64,000 nucleotides of DNA from Armatimonadota bacterium (GTDB lineage: Bacteria; Armatimonadota; Zipacnadia; UBA1398; JAKPQA01). How positions within the stretch are numbered: position 1 is the first letter of the stretch; every line of letters begins with the position of its first letter. The notes beneath the pieces are model-generated. The model saw only the letters and a list, made by a program, of their open reading frames with translations, made no database searches and was not told the DNA's origin. The stretch is taken from the NCBI GenBank assembly GCA_029547025.1, contig JAKPQA010000226.1, forward strand, positions 26,586-90,585. The letters are read 5' to 3'. The position numbers and the translations under genes are program-made. Shown one piece after another: positions 17,925 through 27,294 of this stretch.

Positions 17925-18692
17925 TCAGACGCTGCCCTGGGATGTCTCTGTGGTCTCGGTAGCGCTGTCAACCTCTCCCATGATGGCGTCCAGGGACTTG
18001 GTTGCCTGGCTGGGCTCCTCGGTCGTCATGCCGAGCTGCCGCGCGTATTCCTCATAGCGTTGCTCTGCCTCTTGGTCCATGGCATCGATGCTGATGTCGA
18101 CCATCTGGGCACCAACGCTCTCCTGCGCGATCTCGGTGCGCGCCTCGGCGCGGGCCAGGTCCTCGTCGATCTTCTGGGTCATTTGGTCGAGGACCTGGTT
18201 GTCGTCACCGACCTCGAAACTCATCATCAGACTCGCCATCTGCCGCTGCATCTCGGCGCGCTTGGCGCGGGAGATCTGGCGCATGGACTCCTGGATCTCC
18301 TGCTGGATCTTGCGCTCGTAAGACAGACGGGCGCGCTTCACCTGCTCCGAGTTTTGCTTGGCCTGGGCCAGTTGCTGCTCGGTCTCGGCCAGATCGAGCT
18401 TGGTGGTCTCGAGCTGCGAGATCAGCGACTTGGCAATCTCCTTGCGCGAGGGGCCGAGCTTGACCGCGGCCACGACCTGCTTCTCGAGGTCTGCGGCCTT
18501 CTGACGGAGGCGCTCGGCCTGCATCGCGAGCATCTTCTCAAGCTTCACCACCTCAGCGGTCTGGCGGTTGAACTCGGGGATTCGCGATCGCAGATCGTCG
18601 ATGTGCTGGCGGAGGATGAGCTCCGGGTCCTCGGCGCGGCGGACCAACCACCCAAACATGGCGCGCACGACCCTGGCGAGACGCTTGAACAT
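17925..18692 (-). CDS. pspA: PspA/IM30 (ESCRT-III-like) family protein
   Basis: MFKRLARVVRAMFG..AEDPELILRQ N-terminus followed by a long coiled coil. Confidence 0.88.
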   Translation of the reverse strand: MFKRLARVVRAMFGWLVRRAEDPELILRQHIDDLRSRIPEFNRQTAEVVKLEKMLAMQAERLRQKAADLEKQVVAAVKLGPSRKEIAKSLISQLETTKLDLAETEQQLAQAKQNSEQVKRARLSYERKIQQEIQESMRQISRAKRAEMQRQMASLMMSFEVGDDNQVLDQMTQKIDEDLARAEARTEIAQESVGAQMVDISIDAMDQEAEQRYEEYARQLGMTTEEPSQATKSLDAIMGEVDSATETTETSQGSV

Positions 18693-18838
18693 GCGTGTGC
18701 CTCCGTAATCGGGATGGGGCTAGACCGCTCGCGGCCGCGAGCCCCAGTCAGACGAGACGCCGACCCCACCGTCCAGTTTCGGATCGACCCCGGCCCGAGT
18801 CCGATGAAGTCGACGGTCCCGGTGGATCCAAAACCGCA

Positions 18839-19660
18839 CTAGCGGGAGGTGACGCTCTCGCGGACCCTCAGCACTGCCTCGAGCATCTCGGGCAGCTCCG
18901 CCAGCGCCACCATGTTTGGCCCGTCGCACAGGGCATGATCCGGATCATCATGAACTTCCAGGAAGAGGGCGTCGATTCCTACCGCCGTAGCCGCGCGGGA
19001 CAAATGCGCCACGAAGCGCCGGTCGCCGCCCGAGACGGTGCCGCCCGCGCTGGGGAGCTGCACGGAGTGGGTGGCGTCGAACACCACCGGGTACCCCAGC
19101 TCTCTCATGATCACCAGCCCGCGCATGTCGACGACCAGGTTTCCATAGCCGAAGACCGAGCCACGCTCGCACAGGAGAACGCCTCCCGTTCCTCCTGCTT
19201 CCACTTTGCGGGCGGCCTGGACCATGGTCTCGGGGCTCACGAACTGCCCTTTCTTCACATTGACGGGACGACCGGTGGCACCAGCGGCCACGAGCAGGTC
19301 GGTCTGTCGGCACAGGAATGCCGGGATCTGGAGGAGGTCGACGACGGCGCCGGCGGCCGTGGCTTCCGGTGGACTATGCACATCGGTAAGTGTTGGAACT
19401 CCACACTCGGTGCGGACCCGGGCCAACACCGATAGGCCCGCCTCGAGGCCCGGTCCGCGGTAGGAGTCGACTGAAGTTCGGTTCGCTTTGTCGTACGATG
19501 CTTTGAAAACGAACGGCATCGCCAGGCGCTGGGCGACCTCGCGCAGCGCGTCCGCCATCCGCAGGCAGTGATCGACGGACTCGATGACGCAGGGCCCCGC
19601 CAGGAGGGCGAGCGGGTGCCCGGGACCGATGGCGACGGGGCCGACCCGGACCGGGTTCAT
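18839..19660 (-). CDS. kdsA: 3-deoxy-D-manno-octulosonate 8-phosphate synthase
   Basis: [55 protein letters not shown]. Confidence 0.97.
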   Translation of the reverse strand: MNPVRVGPVAIGPGHPLALLAGPCVIESVDHCLRMADALREVAQRLAMPFVFKASYDKANRTSVDSYRGPGLEAGLSVLARVRTECGVPTLTDVHSPPEATAAGAVVDLLQIPAFLCRQTDLLVAAGATGRPVNVKKGQFVSPETMVQAARKVEAGGTGGVLLCERGSVFGYGNLVVDMRGLVIMRELGYPVVFDATHSVQLPSAGGTVSGGDRRFVAHLSRAATAVGIDALFLEVHDDPDHALCDGPNMVALAELPEMLEAVLRVRESVTSR

Positions 19661-20418
19661 CGCCGCCCCTCCTCAGCCAGACGGCGGGCCATGAGCTCCC
19701 GGGCCCGCCGCAGGTCGCTCTCGGTGTCGACTCCGATGGATTCGTGCTGGGTGAGGCCGACCCAGATGCGATAGCCGTTCTCGAGGGCCCGGAGCTGCTC
19801 GAGCTGCTCGGCGCGCTGCAGGGGTGTCTGGGGGAGCGACGGGTAGCGCAGGAGGAAGTCACGTCGGTAGCCGTAGAGGCCCAGGTGCTTCCAGACGGGG
19901 CAGCGGTCCTCGGGAGACTCGGAACGCTGGTGCGGTATGGTGGCTCGGGAGAAATAGAGCGCATAGCCGCGCTGGTCGACGACCACTTTGACCGTGGACG
20001 GATCATGGAGCTCCTCGGGCGCAATGGGCGCGCGCAGAGTCGTCATCGCCAACTGGGCATCGGCGCCGAAGGGCTCGACGAGTTGCCGGATCATGTCGGC
20101 CTCGATGAAGGGCTCATCGCCCTGGATGTTGACGACCACATCCAAGTCGATGTCCGCAGCGACTTCGGCGATGCGGTCGGTGCCGGTGGGATGGTCGGGC
20201 CGCGTGAGCACCACCTCGCCTCCGTACGAACGCACCACGCGGGCGATTCGCTCGTCGTCCGTGGCCACGATGACCCGGTCGAGGACTCCGGTGGCGCAGG
20301 CGCCTTCCTGCACCCACTGAATCATGGGCTTCCCGCAGATATCGAGGAGGGCCTTGCCGGGGAGCCGGGTCGATGCGAAGCGGGCCGGGATGATGCCGGC
20401 AGCGGTGAGGGGAGCGAT
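19657..20418 (-). CDS. kdsB: 3-deoxy-manno-octulosonate cytidylyltransferase
   Basis: [53 protein letters not shown]; stop overlaps the kdsA ATG (ATGA); no canonical start near the homologous N-terminus (see findings). Confidence 0.93.
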   Translation of the reverse strand: MAPLTAAGIIPARFASTRLPGKALLDICGKPMIQWVQEGACATGVLDRVIVATDDERIARVVRSYGGEVVLTRPDHPTGTDRIAEVAADIDLDVVVNIQGDEPFIEADMIRQLVEPFGADAQLAMTTLRAPIAPEELHDPSTVKVVVDQRGYALYFSRATIPHQRSESPEDRCPVWKHLGLYGYRRDFLLRYPSLPQTPLQRAEQLEQLRALENGYRIWVGLTQHESIGVDTESDLRRARELMARRLAEEGRR

Positions 20419-20420
20419 GT

Positions 20421-23400
20421 CTATGCCTCCTTGCTGGCGATGCGGTCGCGATAGGCCCGCAATGCGGCAGCGGCTTTGGTTCGGGCAGCCGACCCGTCCG
20501 CCGCGTGCTCCTCCTCCTGGGTGACCACATACTCGGCCATGGCCGCGAAGAGGAGCCCGAGAGGCGGCGGATCGGACATTCCCTTCGAGCTCAACTCGTC
20601 CACAACCTGCAGCAGACGTCGCCAGTGGTCGAAGCACCGGAGCATGGCACGGGCGCGCTTGGCGGGGGTGCCGGCGTCGTCGAGGCCGGCCAGAGCCCCA
20701 TCCAGGCCATCGGTGAGGTTCCGGCGCTCCTCGTCGGAGAGCTCGTAGATCTTCCGGACGGCGCGCCCGATCAGTTCGGCGAAGCTGATCGATGGGCCCT
20801 CGGTGCTGGCCGAGATCTTCTCTTCGGAGTCATCTGCGGGGCCCGCCGAGGTGGTGTACGCGACGACCTGGCCCATCAGGTCGCGAACGGAACCGGCTTC
20901 GCCAGAAGCGGCCACGGGCACGATGTCCTCTCCGGACGTGTCTTCGTCGGCCGGCATCACCGAGGCGTAGGAGTCGAACCGGATCTCGAGCCCGCCGAAG
21001 GCACTGCTGAGACCCACGCGCTCGCGTGCGTCGGTGCTCTCGACGGCACGCGCGCAGGCCATCGTGGCGTCGCGGGAGCCCCGTACCAGGTCGGCCATGG
21101 CCGTCGAGAGCGCGGGTCCGCCCTCGACATGGACCGTGTGTTCGGCATCCATGTCCGCCGCCAGGACGCTGTAGCCACGAGAGCCGCGGATGATGTTGTC
21201 GAGAGAGAACACGGCGCTATCGGCCATCTCGCCAACGACTCGGAGCAGCTCATTGTCGCGGGCCCGGACGGGGGTCACAGGGCCGTGGCGCTTGGCACGG
21301 CCGAGGGTGATCTCTTCGGCATCCGGGCTCTCGGACGGAGCGAGCACGGATTCATCACGCGCCAACTCGGCCAGTGGCGACCCGCGCTTCTGGAGTGAGA
21401 CACCGAAGGCGGCGCCGGCTCGCTCTTCGCGTTCGCGGCGGTCCATTTCCCGCGCCGCGAGGCTCCGGGCACTGCGCTCGGACACCTCATGCACCAGGTC
21501 ACGCAGGAGCTGGTCGGTCTCGGGCCGGGCCGTGCGAGCCAGCTGGATTCGTGGGGTCTTGGGCGGGGCAGGTCCTTGCTTCGGGGCGGGTCCCTGCTTT
21601 GGGGTAGGCCGGGCCGCGGGGGTCGCCGCAGGCCGAGTCGGCGCGGTTCCGCGCCCCTTGGGTGGCGCGGCTGGCGCGGTCAGGAACGAGCGACGACGCA
21701 CCGGCGGCCGCTGCTTGCGCGCCATGGCAATCGCTGCGTAGACGGCTTCCCAGCGCTGCCCGAGTCCGTACTCGTCGGCCAGGAGGCCCCCGGATGGCCT
21801 CGCGGCGCGGCCGACCGCCGCGGACGGGGCCAGCGTCTCCGCGACGAGGACCGCTACCGGTAGGCGGGCGGGCGCGGGCAGGTCCGGTGCCGGGTACGTC
21901 CGTGCCACCTCAACGTCGGTCAATGGGGTGCCCAGAGCGGCGCGACAAGCTCGGGCTTCGGCTGGTGGCGCTAGCTCATCAGCCCGCAGGAGCGGGACCG
22001 GCCGCCGCAACACTACAGCGACAGGCGGCCGAGGGTAGAGGGCCGCGATCTCGGCCGCGGTGCGGGCCGCGCCGAGCTCGCGCGATGGGGATCGAGGGAC
22101 CGCCCCGAGCTTCCGAGCCAGACCCCGGACCGGGCCATTCGCCGCGAAGAACGCGGACCCGTCCACCGGCGCCTCGGCGTGGAGTAGCGGGATCCGCCGG
22201 CGCGTGACCACGTCGACATCAGCTGGCGGGTAGAGCAGCTCGGTCTCGCCTGCCAACAGCGGGTTCTGCCGGCCGTCGGCCCGGCCGCGCTGCTGCGGCG
22301 GCCGGTCGCCGCAGCTCCGACGCGCGAGCTCATCGGGAAGGAGCACCATAATGCGGCGCCGGACCACGAGATCGATGGGCGCCATGGGGTAGAGGCGGGC
22401 GACCTCATCGGCCACCGCGGGGCCGGCCACGGCGGCGGCAGACCCCGCGGCCTGCCGCACGGCGGAACTGGCCAGAGCCAGCTCCTCATCGAGGACCAAC
22501 TCGAGGGCCTCCCGCTCGACGGGGCCAGGCTCGGGGAGCTCCGAGGCGTCCGGCTCGGCCCGTTCGGCCCGCTCCGCGCCCGCCGCCCCCCCGAACAGCT
22601 GCGCCAATCGCGAGGCGGCTCCTTCGTCCTCGACAACGACCGGCGCCACGTCGAAGCCGAGCATCGACGCCGCCGCTCGACCGACCCACGCGGGAGACAC
22701 CCCCACACCGTCTTCGCTGCGGGCTTCCTCTGCCGACTCGGTGGCCCGCAGTGCGCTGGCAACGAGCTCGCCGAGACCCTTCTCGACCACAGGCTCCGCG
22801 CCGAACGGAGCCTCCTCGTCGTCGGCAGCGGGCGACGGTGTGGTGGCCCGCGGCTCTTCTGCGAGCGCCCCAACCGGCTGGGGTTCGGGCTCGGGCTCAG
22901 CGACGGGCAGGGGCTCGGGCTCCTGCTGGGCCACCTCGAGCGGCTGGGGTTCGGGCGAGGCGCCCGATGGCTTGGTCTCGCCCTGGGCCCTTGCTTCATC
23001 ATGCTCGAGAGGCTCGTCCAGGTCTTCGGCGCCCCGCGCGCGCTTCTGGGCGAGCTCGGTCCGGCGCTGACGCTGCAGCGCGGCGAGGAACGACTGGAGA
23101 TCGAACTCCTCGGATGCCCCGGAGGCCTCGGCAGGCTGAGACGGGGACGCCGCGGTCGAGTTCGAGTCCGCGAGCGCCTCCTGGTCCGCGTCCTCCTCCC
23201 ACGCGTCATCGCCCGGCTGGTCGACCAAGGGCACGTCACCGACCCGGGGAACGTGGCGCGGAACCGGCTTTGGAGCTGGGGAAAGCACGACGCCGGAGGG
23301 GCATGCGATGCGCGGCCCAATGTTCGGCCGCACGCTGGCCAGGGCATCGAGCAGGGCAACAGCTGAGGGGTATCGCTCTTCGGGGCGGAGCGAGAGGCAG

Positions 23401-24104
23401 TGCCGGAGGATATCGTCGGTGACGGAGTCGCCGGTCTCGGGCATCCAGTCGGCGAGGGGGCGTCCGGACCCCAATGCCTCGAGAACGCTGTGAACGCCGA
23501 AGCTGCCGCGCGCCATCCGCATGAGCAACAGGCCCAGGGAGAAGACGTCGCCGGATGGCGACGGAGAGGCACCGTTCAGCACCTCGGGCGCCATACAGTC
23601 CTCGGGCGGTGCCGAGACGTTGTCCTCGTCGTCCGGTGCGGGCAGGAGAGGGGACTTGAGCAGACCGATGTGCGTCACACGCACGTCGCCTCTGGCCGTC
23701 AGGAACACATCGGTGGGTCGGATGCCAATGGCCAGTAGGGGGGGCGAGACCTGGTGGCAGGCGGCGACCAGGTCGGCCACTTGGTGCAGGATCGCGAGGG
23801 CCTGATCGCGGCCGATGCCCTCCTCATCCAGCACGTGGGACAGATGCCGCGGGCCGAGGTCCTCCTCCACAGAGAACGGGATCCTCTCGACGAAGCCGAC
23901 TTCGATGATCGGGTTGAGCCGGGGATGCCCGACTTTCGCGAGCGCCTTGGCCGATGTCGTGAAGTGGGCCACCCACTCGGGGTCCTGAGCCAGCTCCGGG
24001 CGGAGGACTCGGACGACGAACGGCTTCCGCGCGCTGTCGACGCCCCGGTAGGCGTACGCGGCCGGGCCCACGCCGACGCGGCCGGCGATCTTGACCTTGC
24101 CCAC
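20421..24104 (-). CDS. 1227-aa protein: N-terminal Hanks-type pseudokinase, acidic/Pro-rich linker, internal repeats, C-terminal helical domain
   Basis: Kinase subdomains recognisable (MAPE, DVFSLG, RPEERY) but catalytic motifs degenerate; no TM or signal peptide. Confidence 0.8.
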   Translation of the reverse strand: MGKVKIAGRVGVGPAAYAYRGVDSARKPFVVRVLRPELAQDPEWVAHFTTSAKALAKVGHPRLNPIIEVGFVERIPFSVEEDLGPRHLSHVLDEEGIGRDQALAILHQVADLVAACHQVSPPLLAIGIRPTDVFLTARGDVRVTHIGLLKSPLLPAPDDEDNVSAPPEDCMAPEVLNGASPSPSGDVFSLGLLLMRMARGSFGVHSVLEALGSGRPLADWMPETGDSVTDDILRHCLSLRPEERYPSAVALLDALASVRPNIGPRIACPSGVVLSPAPKPVPRHVPRVGDVPLVDQPGDDAWEEDADQEALADSNSTAASPSQPAEASGASEEFDLQSFLAALQRQRRTELAQKRARGAEDLDEPLEHDEARAQGETKPSGASPEPQPLEVAQQEPEPLPVAEPEPEPQPVGALAEEPRATTPSPAADDEEAPFGAEPVVEKGLGELVASALRATESAEEARSEDGVGVSPAWVGRAAASMLGFDVAPVVVEDEGAASRLAQLFGGAAGAERAERAEPDASELPEPGPVEREALELVLDEELALASSAVRQAAGSAAAVAGPAVADEVARLYPMAPIDLVVRRRIMVLLPDELARRSCGDRPPQQRGRADGRQNPLLAGETELLYPPADVDVVTRRRIPLLHAEAPVDGSAFFAANGPVRGLARKLGAVPRSPSRELGAARTAAEIAALYPRPPVAVVLRRPVPLLRADELAPPAEARACRAALGTPLTDVEVARTYPAPDLPAPARLPVAVLVAETLAPSAAVGRAARPSGGLLADEYGLGQRWEAVYAAIAMARKQRPPVRRRSFLTAPAAPPKGRGTAPTRPAATPAARPTPKQGPAPKQGPAPPKTPRIQLARTARPETDQLLRDLVHEVSERSARSLAAREMDRREREERAGAAFGVSLQKRGSPLAELARDESVLAPSESPDAEEITLGRAKRHGPVTPVRARDNELLRVVGEMADSAVFSLDNIIRGSRGYSVLAADMDAEHTVHVEGGPALSTAMADLVRGSRDATMACARAVESTDARERVGLSSAFGGLEIRFDSYASVMPADEDTSGEDIVPVAASGEAGSVRDLMGQVVAYTTSAGPADDSEEKISASTEGPSISFAELIGRAVRKIYELSDEERRNLTDGLDGALAGLDDAGTPAKRARAMLRCFDHWRRLLQVVDELSSKGMSDPPPLGLLFAAMAEYVVTQEEEHAADGSAARTKAAAALRAYRDRIASKEA
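21829..22406 (-). repeat. Four copies of a ~28-aa protein repeat E-x3-[LT]YP-x5-6-[VA]-x-R-x-[IPL]-x-[LV]L-x-[ADE]E
   Basis: EVARLYPMAPIDLVVRRRIMVLLPDELA; ETELLYPPADVDVVTRRRIPLLHAEAPV; EIAALYPRPPVAVVLRRPVPLLRADELA; EVARTYPAPDLPAPARLPVAVLVAETLA. Confidence 0.8.
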
Positions 24105-24402
24105 CGTCTGTGCCGGCCGGATGGGCGGCCGGAGCCCGAAGATGACGGACAGCGTTCTCCGCTCCAGTGGGTAGTCAGCCCCTCAGCGGCCGTTACGCCG
24201 TCTCGCGATGCCGCGGTGGGGGCTCTACCATGCCGCCCGGCGCCTGCTGTGACGCAGCAGCCAACGCCCGGGCCTCAGGTCCATTCTACCTCGTGGGCTC
24301 GGGCCCATCACCGCCCTTGGTGGCGGGGATTGGCGAAGGCTTGGGGCAGGACCCGACCGAACCTATGCCCCGTGTGGGCCATGACCTTGGGGGGCACTGG
24401 AC

Positions 24403-26004
24403 TTGGGTGAATCCGCACAAGGCGACACTCCTGCGAAGCTGCCTGTGCCGGCGTGGGTGTGGGTCGCGCCGGTGGCCGCCTTGGTATTTACACACGCGAC
24501 AGTACGCAAGGTGGACTCCTTTGATGACGGCTGGTGGCACCTTCGGAACGGGCAGGTCATCGTGGAGGAGCGCCGGATACCGACTGTCGATGAGTACTCG
24601 TACACCAAGAGAGGCCAGCCCCGGGTCCCTCACGAATGGCTGTCGGAAGCGACTCTCTACCTCTCGATGAAGCTCGCCGGGTTCCCCGGCATCATGGTCT
24701 GGCGCGGTGTCATTGCGGCGTCGACCACGATCCTGGCCGCGTGGTTCCTACTCCTGCGCGGGATGCGCTCGGCGCCGTTAGCGGTGTTCTTCCTGATGCT
24801 CGGTGCGGCCATCTCCGTACCCGAGTGGCTTGAGCGACCCAAGATCGCGGCGCCCATGTTTTTCATCGCCGCCCTGCTGCTGCTCGAGCTGTGCGAACGC
24901 CGCCGGAGATGGGCCTGCTATGGTCTGCCGGTCCTGATGCTGCTCTGGGCGAACAGCCACGCGAGTTTCATCGCAGGTGCGGGCTTGATTGGACTTCGGC
25001 TGGCGTGCGCGTGGACGGAAGAGCGGGCTGGTTTGGCCGAGAAGGCTTTCTGCGGTTACCTGATGCCTTGGGCGGCGCTGGCGCTGCTGGCACCGGTGGT
25101 CTCGCCAGGGGGGCTCGCGACGATTCAGAATCCGCTCACCTATCTGAGCGGGTCGACCTCGTGGGGGCTCGAGGAGTTCCAGGAGTGGGCGTCGCCCAAC
25201 TTCCACAAGCCGCACGGGTTGATGTTCGAGGCCGGCCTCATGGTTGTGTTGATCAGTCTGGCCCTATCGCCCAAGAGACCGCGGCTGTACGATCTGCTCG
25301 TCGTGTTGGTGACGACGCATCTGCCCCTGCAATCGGTTCGGCACTATGCCATCTTCGGAGCGGGTGCGATGCCCGTGGCGGCCGGATATGCCGATGCCGC
25401 AGCGGCGCGGTTGGCCGAGTGGGGTGGGGTGGCCAATCTGCGGGCCTCGCTGGATCGACTCCGCGCCCGAGCGGGACGAATGGGACGGCGGGTGTGGGGG
25501 GGCGTCTCTGTGGCCCTGACGGCCGCCCTGGTGACGGTGGCCATCCCAAAGGACGGGTCCTTTGAGCGTTGCGTGATCACCGAGGAGCTGCCCGTCCAGG
25601 CGCTGAAGGTGGCCCTGGCCACACCACACAGCGGCCATCTCTTCAACCAGTATGAATGGGGCGGCTACATCATCTGGGCCGCCGGAGACCGGCTCCCCGT
25701 CTTCATTGACGGTCGCGCCGACATGTATGGCGAGAGGCACTATCGGGAGTACCAGGCGGCGATCGATGGTGGCCCGCTGTGGCGCCAGGTGTTCGCCAAG
25801 TATGATATTGGGATAGTCATCATCACCCAGGGGTCGCCGCTGACACTGCAGCTCGAGAACGAACCGTCGTTTCGCCGCGTCTATGGAGACGAGATATCGA
25901 TGGTGTACGTGAGGGAAGAGCCGATGAAGCGGCTTTCCCGCGCGGACGCAGGCATGGCCATGGGTCATGCTGCCGCCGATCATCTGGGGGGGCCGGGATG
26001 TTGA
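24403..26004 (+). CDS. GT-C-fold-like polytopic membrane protein (putative lipid-donor glycosyltransferase)
   Basis: DDGWWHL-x2-G-x2-I..D-x-YSYT..HEWL in the first external loop; about 11 TMs; LWANSHASF; EFQEWASP; C-terminal soluble domain FNQYEWGGYIIW..VFIDGRADMYG; start uncertain. Confidence 0.72.
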   Translation: MGESAQGDTPAKLPVPAWVWVAPVAALVFTHATVRKVDSFDDGWWHLRNGQVIVEERRIPTVDEYSYTKRGQPRVPHEWLSEATLYLSMKLAGFPGIMVWRGVIAASTTILAAWFLLLRGMRSAPLAVFFLMLGAAISVPEWLERPKIAAPMFFIAALLLLELCERRRRWACYGLPVLMLLWANSHASFIAGAGLIGLRLACAWTEERAGLAEKAFCGYLMPWAALALLAPVVSPGGLATIQNPLTYLSGSTSWGLEEFQEWASPNFHKPHGLMFEAGLMVVLISLALSPKRPRLYDLLVVLVTTHLPLQSVRHYAIFGAGAMPVAAGYADAAAARLAEWGGVANLRASLDRLRARAGRMGRRVWGGVSVALTAALVTVAIPKDGSFERCVITEELPVQALKVALATPHSGHLFNQYEWGGYIIWAAGDRLPVFIDGRADMYGERHYREYQAAIDGGPLWRQVFAKYDIGIVIITQGSPLTLQLENEPSFRRVYGDEISMVYVREEPMKRLSRADAGMAMGHAAADHLGGPGC

Positions 26005-26711
26005 ACACTCCACGCACGAGCGCGAGTGCTCTGCTGATCGCGCTGGGGCTGGCCGCCGCGGTTCTGGCCGCCATGACAGGCTGCCCCTCACCGGTGATCG
26101 TGCCGGCAGCCGTGTCGACGGTGACCCTCGACGTTGCCGCCATCCTGACGGGCACGTCGGACAGCACGAGGATCGACTCGCTCCACATTTGGCCTCAGGG
26201 CGCGGGCACGAGCCTCTACTTCCCAGAGGATGGCGCGGCATTCACCATCGTGAACGCCGACGGGATTGATGGCGACACGGTGCCGGCCGTGGCGCAGCTC
26301 AAGGGGATCGCGGCCGAGGAGCCACTGGATATCCGGTGGACGGGGCGCGCGAGCGTGACACTGAAGTCACGAGTGGACCGAGACCCGATGCGGCTTCTGG
26401 ACGGCTTCGGGAACTCGCTACCCATCGGCGCCATCACAGTATCATTCGACGTCCTTGCACTGGGCCAGACGAACCTGAGCCCCGAGTGGCGGCTCAGGCT
26501 CCCGATGAACGGTGCACCGGCGTCGCTGGCCAACGCTACGTTCTTCGACGTGCCCACCAAGACGCAGGTGAACCTGACGGTGAACAGCACGTCGGTCGGG
26601 ACAGCTGCGACGACCACGCAAGTGGCGGATCTGACCTTCGCCGGCCCCGCAACAGGCACGGTACGCCCCATCAGCAGCGCGACAGTGAGCTTCACTCACG
26701 TGGAGCCGTAG
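25998..26711 (+). CDS. Hypothetical lipoprotein, Ser/Thr-rich beta domain
   Basis: Hydrophobic leader ending in lipobox AMTG-C; start overlaps the upstream stop. Confidence 0.75.
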   Translation: MLNTPRTSASALLIALGLAAAVLAAMTGCPSPVIVPAAVSTVTLDVAAILTGTSDSTRIDSLHIWPQGAGTSLYFPEDGAAFTIVNADGIDGDTVPAVAQLKGIAAEEPLDIRWTGRASVTLKSRVDRDPMRLLDGFGNSLPIGAITVSFDVLALGQTNLSPEWRLRLPMNGAPASLANATFFDVPTKTQVNLTVNSTSVGTAATTTQVADLTFAGPATGTVRPISSATVSFTHVEP

Positions 26712-27294
26712 CGGTACCGGGTAGCGCTCTGAGGACGCGCGCCACGGCTTCGGGCCCCTCGGACTTCGGTACCAGGACCACCCCGCCTATCCCGGACAGG
26801 TCCTCGACGACCCGGGGGTCGTTGGCGTGCTCGGAGAACACGACGATGGGCGCATCGAGCACGGGCGCGGTGCCGTCCCCGCTGGACCTGCGCTGCTCGC
26901 ACGAGAGCAGCAACCGGCTGAAATCGAGCCAGGCGTGGCGCGCGTTCTCCCGCTCGGCGGACGCAGCTGTTGAGGAGGCCAGGGCCTGGATCAGGTCATA
27001 CAGGAGGCAGTCGTAGAAGCGGGTTCGGACCCGGTCGGAGCCCTTGAGCCACCGGACCAGATCGACACCCACCATCTCATCGCGGCCGTGGAGGTGACCC
27101 GGAGGGCGGAGGGACAGGTCGGTGACGAGAGCGACCAGCCTGCCCTCATCGTGGGTATGGGCGACGGCTCTCAGCGCGTCGCGAATGCCGTAGAAGGCGA
27201 GGTACGAAAGGCCGAGGCCCTCGACGGCGCGCTGGATGCTGATCTCGGGTTGTAGCTCATCGGTGATGTGAATGACCACGCCGGGCAACGCCAT
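26692..27294 (-). CDS. Stand-alone response-regulator receiver domain with a large internal insertion
   Basis: VIHITDE (acidic pocket), LVTDLSL (phospho-Asp), GVDLVRWLK, PIVVFS, VPKS (conserved Lys). Confidence 0.65.
   Translation of the reverse strand: MALPGVVIHITDELQPEISIQRAVEGLGLSYLAFYGIRDALRAVAHTHDEGRLVALVTDLSLRPPGHLHGRDEMVGVDLVRWLKGSDRVRTRFYDCLLYDLIQALASSTAASAERENARHAWLDFSRLLLSCEQRRSSGDGTAPVLDAPIVVFSEHANDPRVVEDLSGIGGVVLVPKSEGPEAVARVLRALPGTATAPRE

Noticed and set aside
18727-18742. Perfect 16-bp palindrome GCTCGCGGCCGCGAGC upstream of pspA
   Set aside because: Almost pure GC with no loop and no second copy seen; plausible by chance, too weak to call an operator
21570-21610. PKQGPA tandem duplication
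   Set aside because: A simple two-copy slippage in a disordered linker; not CRISPR-like or an array
23160-23169. tRNA T-loop-like GTTCGAGTCC
   Set aside because: Inside the pseudokinase CDS with no cloverleaf around it
26692-26711. 20-nt convergent overlap between the lipoprotein and receiver genes
   Set aside because: Short tail-to-tail overlaps are common in GC-rich genomes
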